The notes under the pieces: generated by a model
Told to the model about the DNA's origin: nothing
Database searches by the model: none
What the model saw: the letters and a program-made list of their open reading frames with translations, nothing else
Virus record (IMG/VR): IMGVR_UViG_3300030108_001677
Coordinates: 22,383-86,382 of that record
Length of the DNA: 64,000 bases
Source of the DNA: a virus
Strand: one strand, 5' to 3'
Shown: positions 27,972-37,362 of the stretch, one piece after another
Layout of the letters: the number at the start of each line of letters is the position of its first letter
How positions within the stretch are numbered: position 1 is the stretch's first letter
Position numbers and translations under genes: made by a program

Positions 27972-30239
27972 TCAAATGATGTAATACGGGTTATGCTCTT
28001 GAACCTTTAGATGTCGGACAGCAAACTCCACGCTTGCAGTAACCGGTCCTTTATCATCGGGCATTGGATGTTCCGCTTTCATCAATGTGTAATCTTCAAG
28101 TGTAATTGTGCCTCTTTGTCTTGTGCCAGCCGAGCCGGGTTTATTCAAGACCAGTGTGCAATCGTTTGTGTTTATGTTATGCTTACGGGTTCTCAATTCT
28201 TCAAAGAACCTATCATCTTCAACCAATGCGGTGAAGGTGAATGAGTATTCCCTTGCCGCCTCCGTGATTTCCGAAGCATACTGTGTAGCGGCTTCTTGCA
28301 CCTGATCTGCATCAGCATACGCACCATCTGTGCCTCTAATGTAAAACTGTGCGGTGTTGCCATTAGCAATACTGATGTTGACATCTTTTGCTCGCAATAC
28401 GGTAGCACCAAAGGCACTGAATAACATGTGCTGGAATAGGTATGGCTTTTCGCCATTGACGGCAATACCGGACACACTACGCTTGGTTATGTCATTTGCA
28501 GTGTTCTCAAACATACGGTGTGGTGTAATGAATTGGTTGTTGGTGTCTTTGAACATGCGTGTCGCTTCAAAGTTAGTGGTCATTTTTAATTCACCTTCAC
28601 TGTCAGCAGTTAGGCTCAAATCACTCACTTTACAACCGGAAAACACCCGTAGCATTTGGTTTGTGCCCGGTGTTGTATCGGTGGTGCGGAATGATTGCTC
28701 AAAGCAAAAGGTCGGTAGTGTAGTGTAGCCAAAGAAGTTATGCTCAACACCATTCTTCAATTCGCCAGTGGACAACAGTGCTGGTGAGCCACGCTCATGT
28801 GCTACTGTTCCATCAAGAGTATATTGTAGTCTTTCCACACCACACGATGCGGCTACATGGTCGAATAAGAATGGTTCCTCAACATAGATGTAACCTTGAT
28901 CTGAACCATTTGCACTACCAATGCCAATGACCCTGCGGATTTCATGCTTGTGTAATGTGGGTGCTGTAACATCAGCACCCGGCACTTGAACAGTATCTTT
29001 GTCAAAGATTTGAATGTAATCACCAAGAGTAAATTTAGCCGCATTTGCATTTGATAGTTTGATGCGTATATCGCCAGCACTCACAGCAAGGGTTGGTCGA
29101 GCCAGTAAGTAAAGTGGCACACCTACGGTCTGTGCCCTTGCTTTAGCACCTGTATCAATGTCAGCCAAGCCATCTATTTGTGCGGCGTTTAGTGTAGTGT
29201 ATGAGCCAAGTAAAGGCGCACCTGCGGCACTTAGCACCTTAAACAGCCCTGCGGCTGGTGCATCTTCAAAGATTGAAGCAAAGCCAGTTATGCCATTACC
29301 AGCAGTGCTGATTTGTGCATCGGTAGCACCTGCCGCCGCAACGGTCAATCCACCTATCAATATATCTTGGTCAAGATGGCCGGGTTGGTCAAGACCTGTT
29401 ACATCTGTGCCATTTGCGGCAATACCCGTTACAGTGATGTCAAGAACCGGTGCAGGGTCAAATGTGTTTTGTGCGGCGTATGTCATGTTGTTGACATTTG
29501 TTTTGAGATTTAATGGTGTAGCCGTTATGGTTCCATTACTGTCACAGTGAGCAAACTCACCTACGCTCTTTGCAGTGTGTCCACCCAAAGCATATTTCCA
29601 CATCTTCAATGAATGTGCATTCAAGTCCATAGAACCACCAGCAAGAGTTTCCTTGCCCGATGTTAAGACATTCACATCACGACCCATACCTATGATGTGT
29701 TGCTTTCTAACATCTATCTCCGGTTCGGGTAGCGTGAATGAGTTAAGCAATCCTAAAAATTGGTCGGTTTTGATTCTTTCATCGGAACCTGCTGTGCAAT
29801 TGTGGTCGTATGTTGGAACACGCAGTGAATCAATAATGAAGAAATCGCCTGTGTTTGCAGTGGCCGGACTGGTTGCCAATCTCGGTGTGACGGTTATGGT
29901 AGCATCATCGTTTGCAGTGATGTAGTATGTTCTCTTTGTTGTTGGAAAGTGATCGGCAGTGAAAGCGTTGCTACCGCCCGATGAATAGATACGCAGTGTA
30001 GCACCAATCAACATGCCATTGGGCACCATCATGTGCCCATCGGTGTCAACCCAATACATGGCCTCTCCGATAGTAATTATACTGCTGTTCTCGGTGGTTC
30101 CGTTGGTTGTTGACCAGCCCGATGTAGCACTGCCTCCGCCCGCTACATTGGTTCCTTGTCCTACTAATCCGGTTTCTTTGCCCATAGATATTTCAATTAA
30201 ATCTCCTTTGAATACTTGATTTACTGGCATATTTATCAT
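27972..30239 (-). CDS. Major tail tube protein with inserted decorating domains
   Basis: ISMGKETG...LPTFCFEQ...RVFSGCKVSDLSL...AAREYSFTF tube-type pattern; position after the terminator gene. Confidence 0.75.
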   Translation of the reverse strand: MINMPVNQVFKGDLIEISMGKETGLVGQGTNVAGGGSATSGWSTTNGTTENSSIITIGEAMYWVDTDGHMMVPNGMLIGATLRIYSSGGSNAFTADHFPTTKRTYYITANDDATITVTPRLATSPATANTGDFFIIDSLRVPTYDHNCTAGSDERIKTDQFLGLLNSFTLPEPEIDVRKQHIIGMGRDVNVLTSGKETLAGGSMDLNAHSLKMWKYALGGHTAKSVGEFAHCDSNGTITATPLNLKTNVNNMTYAAQNTFDPAPVLDITVTGIAANGTDVTGLDQPGHLDQDILIGGLTVAAAGATDAQISTAGNGITGFASIFEDAPAAGLFKVLSAAGAPLLGSYTTLNAAQIDGLADIDTGAKARAQTVGVPLYLLARPTLAVSAGDIRIKLSNANAAKFTLGDYIQIFDKDTVQVPGADVTAPTLHKHEIRRVIGIGSANGSDQGYIYVEEPFLFDHVAASCGVERLQYTLDGTVAHERGSPALLSTGELKNGVEHNFFGYTTLPTFCFEQSFRTTDTTPGTNQMLRVFSGCKVSDLSLTADSEGELKMTTNFEATRMFKDTNNQFITPHRMFENTANDITKRSVSGIAVNGEKPYLFQHMLFSAFGATVLRAKDVNISIANGNTAQFYIRGTDGAYADADQVQEAATQYASEITEAAREYSFTFTALVEDDRFFEELRTRKHNINTNDCTLVLNKPGSAGTRQRGTITLEDYTLMKAEHPMPDDKGPVTASVEFAVRHLKVQEHNPYYII

Positions 30240-30240
30240 C

Positions 30241-30672
30241 TCATAATGTTGGTAATGGTTGGGCGAAAATTATACATTCGGCTTGCATCGTGTATCGGAA
30301 CAACCTCTTGCTACGGTCCGACAAGTCGGTTCGGGTCTTGAAGATTACCCTATCAAAGTTAACATTATCGCCCTTTCTCACCAAATGTAGTATGCGCCGA
30401 ACCTCATCTCTAAGCGTGCTAAGACGCTTACGACTTTTTACGGTGCGTATGTCAATGGTGAGATTAATGTGTTCATTAACGAAGTCAAACAGCAATTCCG
30501 GCTGTGCTTCGTTATGTGCAGTTTCAAAGACACGAATGATGTCATGATCTTGAAGCCGTGTCCTTTTACCCTCGCCAGCCTCAAGTGTGGCAATATCCAA
30601 AATAGAAGGTTTGGGTGACACATTCCAATTGCTGTTCAAGGCAGTAACTATGCCATCAATAGCGTCAGTCAT
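30241..30672 (-). CDS. Putative tail terminator/completion protein
   Basis: 143 aa; LTIDIRT...LRDEVRRIL pattern; directly upstream of the tube gene. Confidence 0.6.
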   Translation of the reverse strand: MTDAIDGIVTALNSNWNVSPKPSILDIATLEAGEGKRTRLQDHDIIRVFETAHNEAQPELLFDFVNEHINLTIDIRTVKSRKRLSTLRDEVRRILHLVRKGDNVNFDRVIFKTRTDLSDRSKRLFRYTMQAECIIFAQPLPTL

Positions 30673-30947
30673 TCTTTCATAGCCCCCATGAATTTGGCCT
30701 CGGCTGTCTTTACATCAAGTGCGAAAGGACTTGCTTTTTTATGTGCCTCCATTACAATGGCTAATTCTTCATCGGATTTAGGTTCAACGCTTTCAGCATC
30801 TTCACTATCCATGTTCCTTTCTTCTATCATTAGCCTCTCAAGGTGTGCTGGCTCACTGGCCTCCTGTGTTCGCATAGCGGCAAGCAATTCTTTCAATGCC
30901 TTACCTGCATTATCGCTATACTGTATGAGATCTTCCACATCAACCAC
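30669..30947 (-). CDS. Hypothetical acidic protein
   Basis: 92-aa ORF overlapping both neighbours in the neck cluster. Confidence 0.6.
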   Translation of the reverse strand: MVDVEDLIQYSDNAGKALKELLAAMRTQEASEPAHLERLMIEERNMDSEDAESVEPKSDEELAIVMEAHKKASPFALDVKTAEAKFMGAMKE

Positions 30948-32583
30948 CCATACCTGCTACAACAATTGATTCTTGATATGGCACTAAGAGTTTAGCAACC
31001 TCCGCTTCTAACTTTTGGTGCTTGGTTGTTATATCCATGTTTGATGTTCCTTCGGGGAATAATACTGAATAATCATCGGACATCAATATATCCATCACAA
31101 CCAATTTAGTGCAAGCCTCTTGTATAGAACCCTCCACATACCTCTCCCCATAGATGTAAGCACATCTCAAAGAATGATTCTCAAAGAACGGATATTCATT
31201 GTTGAACGCAATCATACCGTTTTCTTCAATAGACCACCAAGACTTTTGGCGTTCTTCATCAGTGATGTCACATGCAAACCTGTTTTGTCGTATAACAACA
31301 TCTTGAATCAATGTAGTCGCATTGTCAAAATCATTTTGCTCATCATTGACAATTGTAAAGGTGTTACCATTTCTTGTAACCAATGCAATCTTGTTTTGGT
31401 TGCCCACAGTATAATACACAAGACTGTGCCCTTTGACAAAGTTAGTGCCATCATCCACTGTAAATGATGTGACAGGATTGCCCGATACTGAAACAACCTT
31501 GCTCTTGATTTGGTCTGTCAAACGGGCATCCACTGTAACTGCTGTGTCGTTTGTGATAGCCAGTGTAGCATTTTCTCCGCCTTCGGTGCTACGCATACTG
31601 CTAATCTCAATCACACCATCCCCCATGTCGCTATTGGCAAGTCCTAAAAATTCGTTATTCACATTCAACACACTGTCGGAGGCTGAATCGGACTCAACCG
31701 TTAAAGAGCCAATTGGCACAGCCGCCTTACTAAATGCAGGGTCTTTATTGACCAAAGCCGATAGGTTTTCAGCCGCACTTTTGTTATCGAAGTCGGCTCT
31801 CCATTTTGTCTGTGCATCATTACCTTCGGTTAGCGTGGCTACACCATTAGCACCCGGACACAGCAGTATTGATTCGCCCGTCATAGCCGTATGATCGTTG
31901 AATCTTAATGCCGCACGGGCACCAGCCATCTCACGGTAATAATCTCCTTGCCAAGCACCTAACTTTAGCATACGCTGAATTGCGCCTCTTTTCATGAACA
32001 CAGCACCTACATAGTCTGTGTAGTATCGCCTTCGGAATGGTTTGAATGTGGTGAAGTTTTGATATTCTTCGGCTACCAATCGTGGTCGCCATGCGTGTCG
32101 TGTTACTTTGTCAATGTAGTCTTGCCTGTTGGCAATCAAGTGCTTTACATGGTCAAGTTTTATCCCACGCTCATTACTGTTGGTGAACGCTGATTGATGT
32201 TGAACATGTGCTTGGTTGTTTGTGGTAAAGGACTCCGGTGTTGTTTGGTCAGCCGCCTTAGCCACCAAATACACCTGTCCGGCTGAACCAACCGATTCAA
32301 TGCCTGTCAATTTGTATATGTTGCCGACAGCGTTTGCGTTGTCATATACAAGAACGCTCTCACCTGCCGCATAACCCCAGCGTCTAAAGTCAGCACCGGT
32401 TATTGGAAATTTTATGTAATCCACCGTCAAAACAGTGGCAATCACAGTGTCGCCAGCCAAAGCCACAGGATCGGGTAATGGCAATTGAAGATACTCACTA
32501 ACCTTAGCGGGTGTTGTATATACTGCTTCATCGGGGTATAATGGTGAATCGGGTCTATGACCGGGTGAAAAAGAACGGGGCAC
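30940..32583 (-). CDS. Head-tail adaptor with large insertions
   Basis: YTTPAKVSEYL...YIDKVTRHAW...CAYIYG...IQEACTKLV adaptor-like segments separated by inserts. Confidence 0.65.
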   Translation of the reverse strand: MPRSFSPGHRPDSPLYPDEAVYTTPAKVSEYLQLPLPDPVALAGDTVIATVLTVDYIKFPITGADFRRWGYAAGESVLVYDNANAVGNIYKLTGIESVGSAGQVYLVAKAADQTTPESFTTNNQAHVQHQSAFTNSNERGIKLDHVKHLIANRQDYIDKVTRHAWRPRLVAEEYQNFTTFKPFRRRYYTDYVGAVFMKRGAIQRMLKLGAWQGDYYREMAGARAALRFNDHTAMTGESILLCPGANGVATLTEGNDAQTKWRADFDNKSAAENLSALVNKDPAFSKAAVPIGSLTVESDSASDSVLNVNNEFLGLANSDMGDGVIEISSMRSTEGGENATLAITNDTAVTVDARLTDQIKSKVVSVSGNPVTSFTVDDGTNFVKGHSLVYYTVGNQNKIALVTRNGNTFTIVNDEQNDFDNATTLIQDVVIRQNRFACDITDEERQKSWWSIEENGMIAFNNEYPFFENHSLRCAYIYGERYVEGSIQEACTKLVVMDILMSDDYSVLFPEGTSNMDITTKHQKLEAEVAKLLVPYQESIVVAGMGG

Positions 32584-32915
32584 TATTGAAGCCCCCTGCT
32601 CAAACCATGACTACCAAGATTGAATCCCATAGGCGCACCACACGCACCACACTGGGGTGTCCAACAAAAGTGTAAGCAACCGCAGGTTAAACACCGTGTT
32701 CCGGCACCTATATTTTGTATGTCTTTGCGATCTTTAGATTTAAGCATGATACGCTTTGTTGTAGCATATTCCATATTTTCTTTGGAAAATGGACTTTCCG
32801 ATTCGTGAACGGATGATTTGTTTGCATTGGCGATTTCCGCCATACGGACACGCCTACGCTTCTCGATGTCAATGACTTCTCCTAAGTCAATGTCCTCAAT
32901 TTCCATGCGTGCCAT
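32583..32915 (-). CDS. Zinc-ribbon protein
   Basis: CLTCG...CGACG. Confidence 0.65.
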   Translation of the reverse strand: MARMEIEDIDLGEVIDIEKRRRVRMAEIANANKSSVHESESPFSKENMEYATTKRIMLKSKDRKDIQNIGAGTRCLTCGCLHFCWTPQCGACGAPMGFNLGSHGLSRGLQ

Positions 32916-32939
32916 TTGATGCCACCCCTTGAGGCAACA

Positions 32940-33317
32940 TCAGCGACCGCCAGTAATAACGATTTCAGCAACCATATCTTGTAATTGTGCGCTTGTATCG
33001 GCTATTTCGATAAAAGACAATCCACCTGCTATTGCGGCGGCACCTTTAGTAACTTGATTGCCACTGGCTTCTGTGCTACTGGCGAAAGCCTTGATTGTTT
33101 TACTGGTGTAATCATATCTTAACAAAACACCACCAAGATCGATATTTGGTGACTCTTTTACAAGAATGTCAACACTATCAACATCTCCCACATACGCATT
33201 TGCGTCAAATGGCTCTCCGCCTAACGGATAAGAATTGTCAAAGGTTACATTTACAAAGGCTTGGATTTTAGTGCCGGTTACATTGTTTCTTTTGGTTTGG
33301 GTAATCGTCAGTGCCAT
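32940..33317 (-). CDS. Putative virion structural protein
   Basis: VTFDNSYPLGG...YDY...TIKAF pattern seen in small proteins next to capsid genes; position in the head cluster. Confidence 0.55.
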   Translation of the reverse strand: MALTITQTKRNNVTGTKIQAFVNVTFDNSYPLGGEPFDANAYVGDVDSVDILVKESPNIDLGGVLLRYDYTSKTIKAFASSTEASGNQVTKGAAAIAGGLSFIEIADTSAQLQDMVAEIVITGGR

Positions 33318-33349
33318 GTTGCTCAACTCAAGGGAATGTGTCAGTGGTC

Positions 33350-33358
33350 ATAAAGGTT
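33350..33358 (-). promoter_or_regulatory. Putative promoter motif AACCTTTAT
   Basis: Intergenic, about 30 nt upstream of the 33317 start; the same motif recurs at 43671 and 61794. Confidence 0.45.
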
Positions 33359-33360
33359 GC

Positions 33361-33936
33361 TCAAGAATAAAGGATTGTCATACGGATTGCACCGGTATCA
33401 GCCGCCCATGACTCCGTGCAAGCAATAGTGAAACCGACCCTACCACAAACCCTACCAGTCCACGGTTGGTTTTTGTCAATCACGGTTGCTGTTCCACCAG
33501 TGTTTTGGACTTTTGGTGCGGCTGGTGTGGTATGTCCACTCAATCCTACTGATACGGATAGAGCATGTTCCATAGTGCCTTGAGCCGCACCTTCATTGGT
33601 TTGAAATTTATACACACGGTTTGAGCCTTTGTTGGTAAAATCCAGTGATGTAATAACATTACAGTATAGGTTTGAACCCCCACTTAGAAGGGTGTAATCT
33701 TTGTTATCAATACCAAAAGAACCCTTTACAGTGTCAGCATCATTGTTGGAACTTAATTTAGATTGACTAACATCTAAAATTACCATGTGTATGTCGCCAT
33801 TCAAGTTAACTTGCGCTACTGCGCTATTGTTACCAGCAAGATCTTCTTGTGTGAAATCATAGACTAACCTATTAACACGGGTTCGACCAGCGTATCGTGC
33901 TTCACCGTCAAAGATGGTAAAGTCACTTTCACCCAT
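33361..33936 (-). CDS. Putative structural protein (beta-rich)
   Basis: 191-aa ORF in the head cluster; coupled to the upstream stop; GGTGA SD. Confidence 0.6.
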   Translation of the reverse strand: MGESDFTIFDGEARYAGRTRVNRLVYDFTQEDLAGNNSAVAQVNLNGDIHMVILDVSQSKLSSNNDADTVKGSFGIDNKDYTLLSGGSNLYCNVITSLDFTNKGSNRVYKFQTNEGAAQGTMEHALSVSVGLSGHTTPAAPKVQNTGGTATVIDKNQPWTGRVCGRVGFTIACTESWAADTGAIRMTILYS

Positions 33937-34403
33937 TACTGCTCACCTGCCGCATTGTCAAGAAGGGCGTGAGCCATTTCAGTGATTGCGGCCTTTGTAG
34001 CAGATCTTGGAACACTATGTCCTCTTGCTTTCATCCACTTGACCATCTCATTTCGTGTCCAAGATTCATTGAAAGCGGAGTCAGCACTACCGGAGTCGTC
34101 ATTTGCTATGGCTTCAACCATTTGCTCGGACTTACCAGCGTCAACCAGTGGTTCCTCAACTACTGGTTCCTCAATTACTGGTTCCTCAACTACTGGCTCA
34201 ACTGCTTCGGCCATTTGCTTAGTCTTTTTCTCAACTTCGCTTTCCTCAACAATAACTTTCCATTGAGGGTAGTTATCACCTTTGAATCGCTCACACAATT
34301 CTTCGGGCAATTCTTTGATTGTGCCTCTTGCGAAACCAATCATTGTTCCGTTGACAGGAAATTCCACATAAGGTCTATGCCCAATGTATTGCACTTTACC
34401 CAT
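33936..34403 (-). CDS. Protein with EEPV repeats and C-terminal HeH/Rho-N-like helical domain
   Basis: WTRNEMVKWMKARGHSVPRSATKAAITEM; acidic linker. Confidence 0.6.
   Translation of the reverse strand: MGKVQYIGHRPYVEFPVNGTMIGFARGTIKELPEELCERFKGDNYPQWKVIVEESEVEKKTKQMAEAVEPVVEEPVIEEPVVEEPLVDAGKSEQMVEAIANDDSGSADSAFNESWTRNEMVKWMKARGHSVPRSATKAAITEMAHALLDNAAGEQ
34149..34196. repeat. 15-bp coding tandem repeat (VEEPV/IEEPV x3)
   Basis: tggttcctcaa(c/t)tac three times. Confidence 0.85.
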
Positions 34404-34423
34404 TATTGATTCCCCCTACCGAC

Positions 34424-34804
34424 TTAACGGTATAGGAAAACCAACCGATAAACAGTGTCAGCACCGTTAGCACCTGCGCCTCTCCACTTGATTTCAGTGG
34501 ATGTGTGAGCAAGGTGTTGAAAGTCAACTGCGTTTGCACCTGCTGTGGTTGAGAAGATTCCCAAAACCGCCAACAATTCTGTGCCTGTTACTGGGTTGGT
34601 TGATACTGAAATATCGTATGCTGAATCAGCATCACCATCATCAATGGTCAACTCAACAACTGCCATGCTTGCTGTTGTCTGTGCATCATTACTACCCATT
34701 GGGGATTGAAGCCAATCGGTTGAAGTCGGTCCAACTCCACCCCAAAGCCTTGAATCAAATACTGCCTTAATTTCTGCTGTTCCTAAAAGATTTGCGTTTG
34801 CCAT
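34424..34804 (-). CDS. Putative capsid decoration/minor head protein
   Basis: 126 aa directly downstream of the major capsid gene; AGGTGA SD. Confidence 0.5.
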   Translation of the reverse strand: MANANLLGTAEIKAVFDSRLWGGVGPTSTDWLQSPMGSNDAQTTASMAVVELTIDDGDADSAYDISVSTNPVTGTELLAVLGIFSTTAGANAVDFQHLAHTSTEIKWRGAGANGADTVYRLVFLYR

Positions 34805-34838
34805 GTAATCACCTACTTTGTATCTCCTATTTTAATCC

Positions 34839-35999
34839 TCAACTCAAATCTCGGATTTTACCGCTTGATTTGAAGAACGCTTGCCACAATTCACCCATTG
34901 TGTGAAACATACCCATTTGACCCAATCTGTTAATTCCGAAAGGATCGCCTGTTTCAATACCGGACTCATGGTATAGTGTTGGTTTTGCAGTGCAGAACCA
35001 CATGTAGTCAGTATCAAGGAAGTATAGTCTTGAAGAACCGCCAGTGCCCTTGTGGACATCCTTAGATGGGATAATTGGCACACCATTGTATGTTGCTACC
35101 ATGAATCCACCTTGAATACCCGGAACACCCTTTACACCGTTAACACCCGGCACAACTCGCTTCATTTCCATAAAGCGTTGTTGAGGCTGTAACAATTGCT
35201 GGATTGTTTCAAGAGTATCGTAGCCAGTTAGGATAACCTTTGGCTGGCCTCCCGCTTCCCAAATTTGTCGGAACATTCCGTCAAGTATGTTTAGAGTTAG
35301 TGGCCTGTCAACACCGTTGTTAGCACCTGCATCAACTTGAGCATCATACCAGTGTTGTGCTGGCTTGGTTGTTCGTGTCAAATTGTAAATGTTGTGTCGG
35401 CTGATGTTGTCAATGTCACTGAATGCCGCAGTTTCCACGAAAGCCGAAGAAGTGATACGGTCAAGAGATTCAAAGTCATTTCCAGCCACAGTGTTAACAT
35501 CGGTAAGAAGCATCTTGTTGATGTGTTCTGTGTGGTGTTTTGCCATTTCCATCTTCATGACAGCCCTTGCATCACCAAGTCCATCGTCTTTGTCAGCAAG
35601 GAACATAGCAGTTTCAGTCAAGTCAAAGGTGTGAGCCACAGTCTTTGGCTTGGTGTTCACATGCTCAAATGTTGGCTTGCTTGTTTCCGGAATTGTTGCG
35701 TTCTCCGGCACACCGCCACCCTTGTTGAAGTCGGGTTTAGCGGTGGTTACACGCCATCCGGACTTTTCCCACGGTTTCTTTGGTAGTATAGAGAATGCGT
35801 TAAACTCTTGATTCAATTGTGACCATACTTTACGACCAAAAATCGCTTGGTATGTTCCAGCAGTGCTGGACATCAACGGTGAGTCAGCCTTCAACAGATC
35901 TGTTCCGGAATACGCCCATGCGTTTTGTCCGGCACCTGCACCGTAGTATAGTCTTTCCATATCTTCAATTGTTCTAATATAACCTGTGCTTCCACTCAT
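34839..35999 (-). CDS. Major capsid protein (HK97 fold)
   Basis: GGVPENATIPETSKPTFE E-loop, LTLNILDGM...GGQPKVILT, TYNGVPIIPS, RLYFLDTD; follows the protease gene. Confidence 0.9.
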   Translation of the reverse strand: MSGSTGYIRTIEDMERLYYGAGAGQNAWAYSGTDLLKADSPLMSSTAGTYQAIFGRKVWSQLNQEFNAFSILPKKPWEKSGWRVTTAKPDFNKGGGVPENATIPETSKPTFEHVNTKPKTVAHTFDLTETAMFLADKDDGLGDARAVMKMEMAKHHTEHINKMLLTDVNTVAGNDFESLDRITSSAFVETAAFSDIDNISRHNIYNLTRTTKPAQHWYDAQVDAGANNGVDRPLTLNILDGMFRQIWEAGGQPKVILTGYDTLETIQQLLQPQQRFMEMKRVVPGVNGVKGVPGIQGGFMVATYNGVPIIPSKDVHKGTGGSSRLYFLDTDYMWFCTAKPTLYHESGIETGDPFGINRLGQMGMFHTMGELWQAFFKSSGKIRDLS

Positions 36000-36012
36000 C
36001 TTAAATCACCCC

Positions 36013-37335
36013 TCAAAGGTTTCCTCCGCCATATAACGCACGCTGTCCTAATTCCTCAAGCGCACGCCATCCGTCTAATTCATTTCCAAGTGCCGCAAAT
36101 TCCTCATGGGTTGGCACACGGATTTGGCTTTGTTCCGGCATAGGAACAGCCGATTTTGTAATAGTGGAGTTTTCTTGCTTTAGGTTCTCAATTTCTTGCT
36201 TTAGCATTTCAATCTGTGAAGAATAGTCTTTGGACTTTTGAACAGCCAATGCTTGCTGGGTTTCAGCCTCATATCGGTTTGCCCATTCTTTCTCAACCAG
36301 TGCTTTTACCGCTTCTTCGTCACGAATTGCGGAGTATGCTGAATATCCACGCTCAAGGGATTGTGGAGATAGGTCAAGTCCGGACTTGATTACATGCTTG
36401 CCACTGTTAGGTGCGCTCATTTGCATGTTTGGAACCTGTGGTTGCTTGATAACATACTTGTTGGACACTGCGTTAGGTAGTGTTGGTGCTGGTGCTAATG
36501 TTGCATCTTCACCTGTTCCGTATAGGTCGCCTTGTCCTCGGTGTGTAAATCCGTGATTGCCGTCAACGCCAACCATGTAAGCCTTTCCGAGTCCGAAGTG
36601 GTCACGAAGTCCATCAAGGTCAACGCCTTGTTCGTGGGCAAATTTCTCAAGTGAGTCAATGTATGCCACTGCCGCTTCTTCTTCTTTAGCAAGTGTAGTT
36701 TCCTCCATTACTGGCGGTGCTTCCACTGCTACTTCTTCTTCCATGTGTTTGTTTATGCGTGCGAGCGCATCTCGTATTTCCGTCAATGTTTCTGCTTGTT
36801 CAGTCATAATATCATCATCCATCTTCAATAGTGTATAGGTCGATTCGGGGTTTATTCCTTTTTTACACAGGGTAATTTCATGCAACTCCATGTCCGTGAT
36901 TTCACGGTGGGTTCCATGTTCCGGTGTTGTTTTACTAACACGGAATAGAGCCTGTCCTCCAATAGAGAAGGCTCTCAACTCTCCTGTGCGAATTTGTTTT
37001 TGGACTTCACGGGCTTTCTCGATGTCATTCCTAATTCGGCAAATGACAAACAAGCCGTGATCGTCAACAGTGGATTTCCATACTCGGCCATCACTGTCTG
37101 TGTAATTTGGCAAGACTTCGCCCACTTGAATACCACTGTGTGCCAATTGCACATTACGGTATGCTGGGTCTTTCATGAAGCCATCAAATGCTTTCTTTAG
37201 TGCTGATACTGGGATTCTATCTCCCTGCTTGTCAACCATATCAACCGAAGCATAGCCCGCTATAACAAGGTCGTTGCCAGCATCCGATTTCAAAATGAAA
37301 TCGCTACCAACTGCTGTCCATGTTGCGGTCGCCAT
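36013..37335 (-). CDS. Prohead maturation protease with C-terminal scaffold region
   Basis: IAGYASVDMVDKQGDRI, AH, GLFV, AFSIGG, LHEITLC...NPES; acidic coiled-coil C-terminus. Confidence 0.9.
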   Translation of the reverse strand: MATATWTAVGSDFILKSDAGNDLVIAGYASVDMVDKQGDRIPVSALKKAFDGFMKDPAYRNVQLAHSGIQVGEVLPNYTDSDGRVWKSTVDDHGLFVICRIRNDIEKAREVQKQIRTGELRAFSIGGQALFRVSKTTPEHGTHREITDMELHEITLCKKGINPESTYTLLKMDDDIMTEQAETLTEIRDALARINKHMEEEVAVEAPPVMEETTLAKEEEAAVAYIDSLEKFAHEQGVDLDGLRDHFGLGKAYMVGVDGNHGFTHRGQGDLYGTGEDATLAPAPTLPNAVSNKYVIKQPQVPNMQMSAPNSGKHVIKSGLDLSPQSLERGYSAYSAIRDEEAVKALVEKEWANRYEAETQQALAVQKSKDYSSQIEMLKQEIENLKQENSTITKSAVPMPEQSQIRVPTHEEFAALGNELDGWRALEELGQRALYGGGNL

Positions 37336-37362
37336 TGACTCACCAATTTTATGTCAAGGTAT

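Noticed and set aside
24062-30239. Contractile tail sheath (myovirus)
   Set aside because: No sheath or baseplate-wedge motifs were recognised; the gene order tube-chaperone-tape measure fits a siphovirus.
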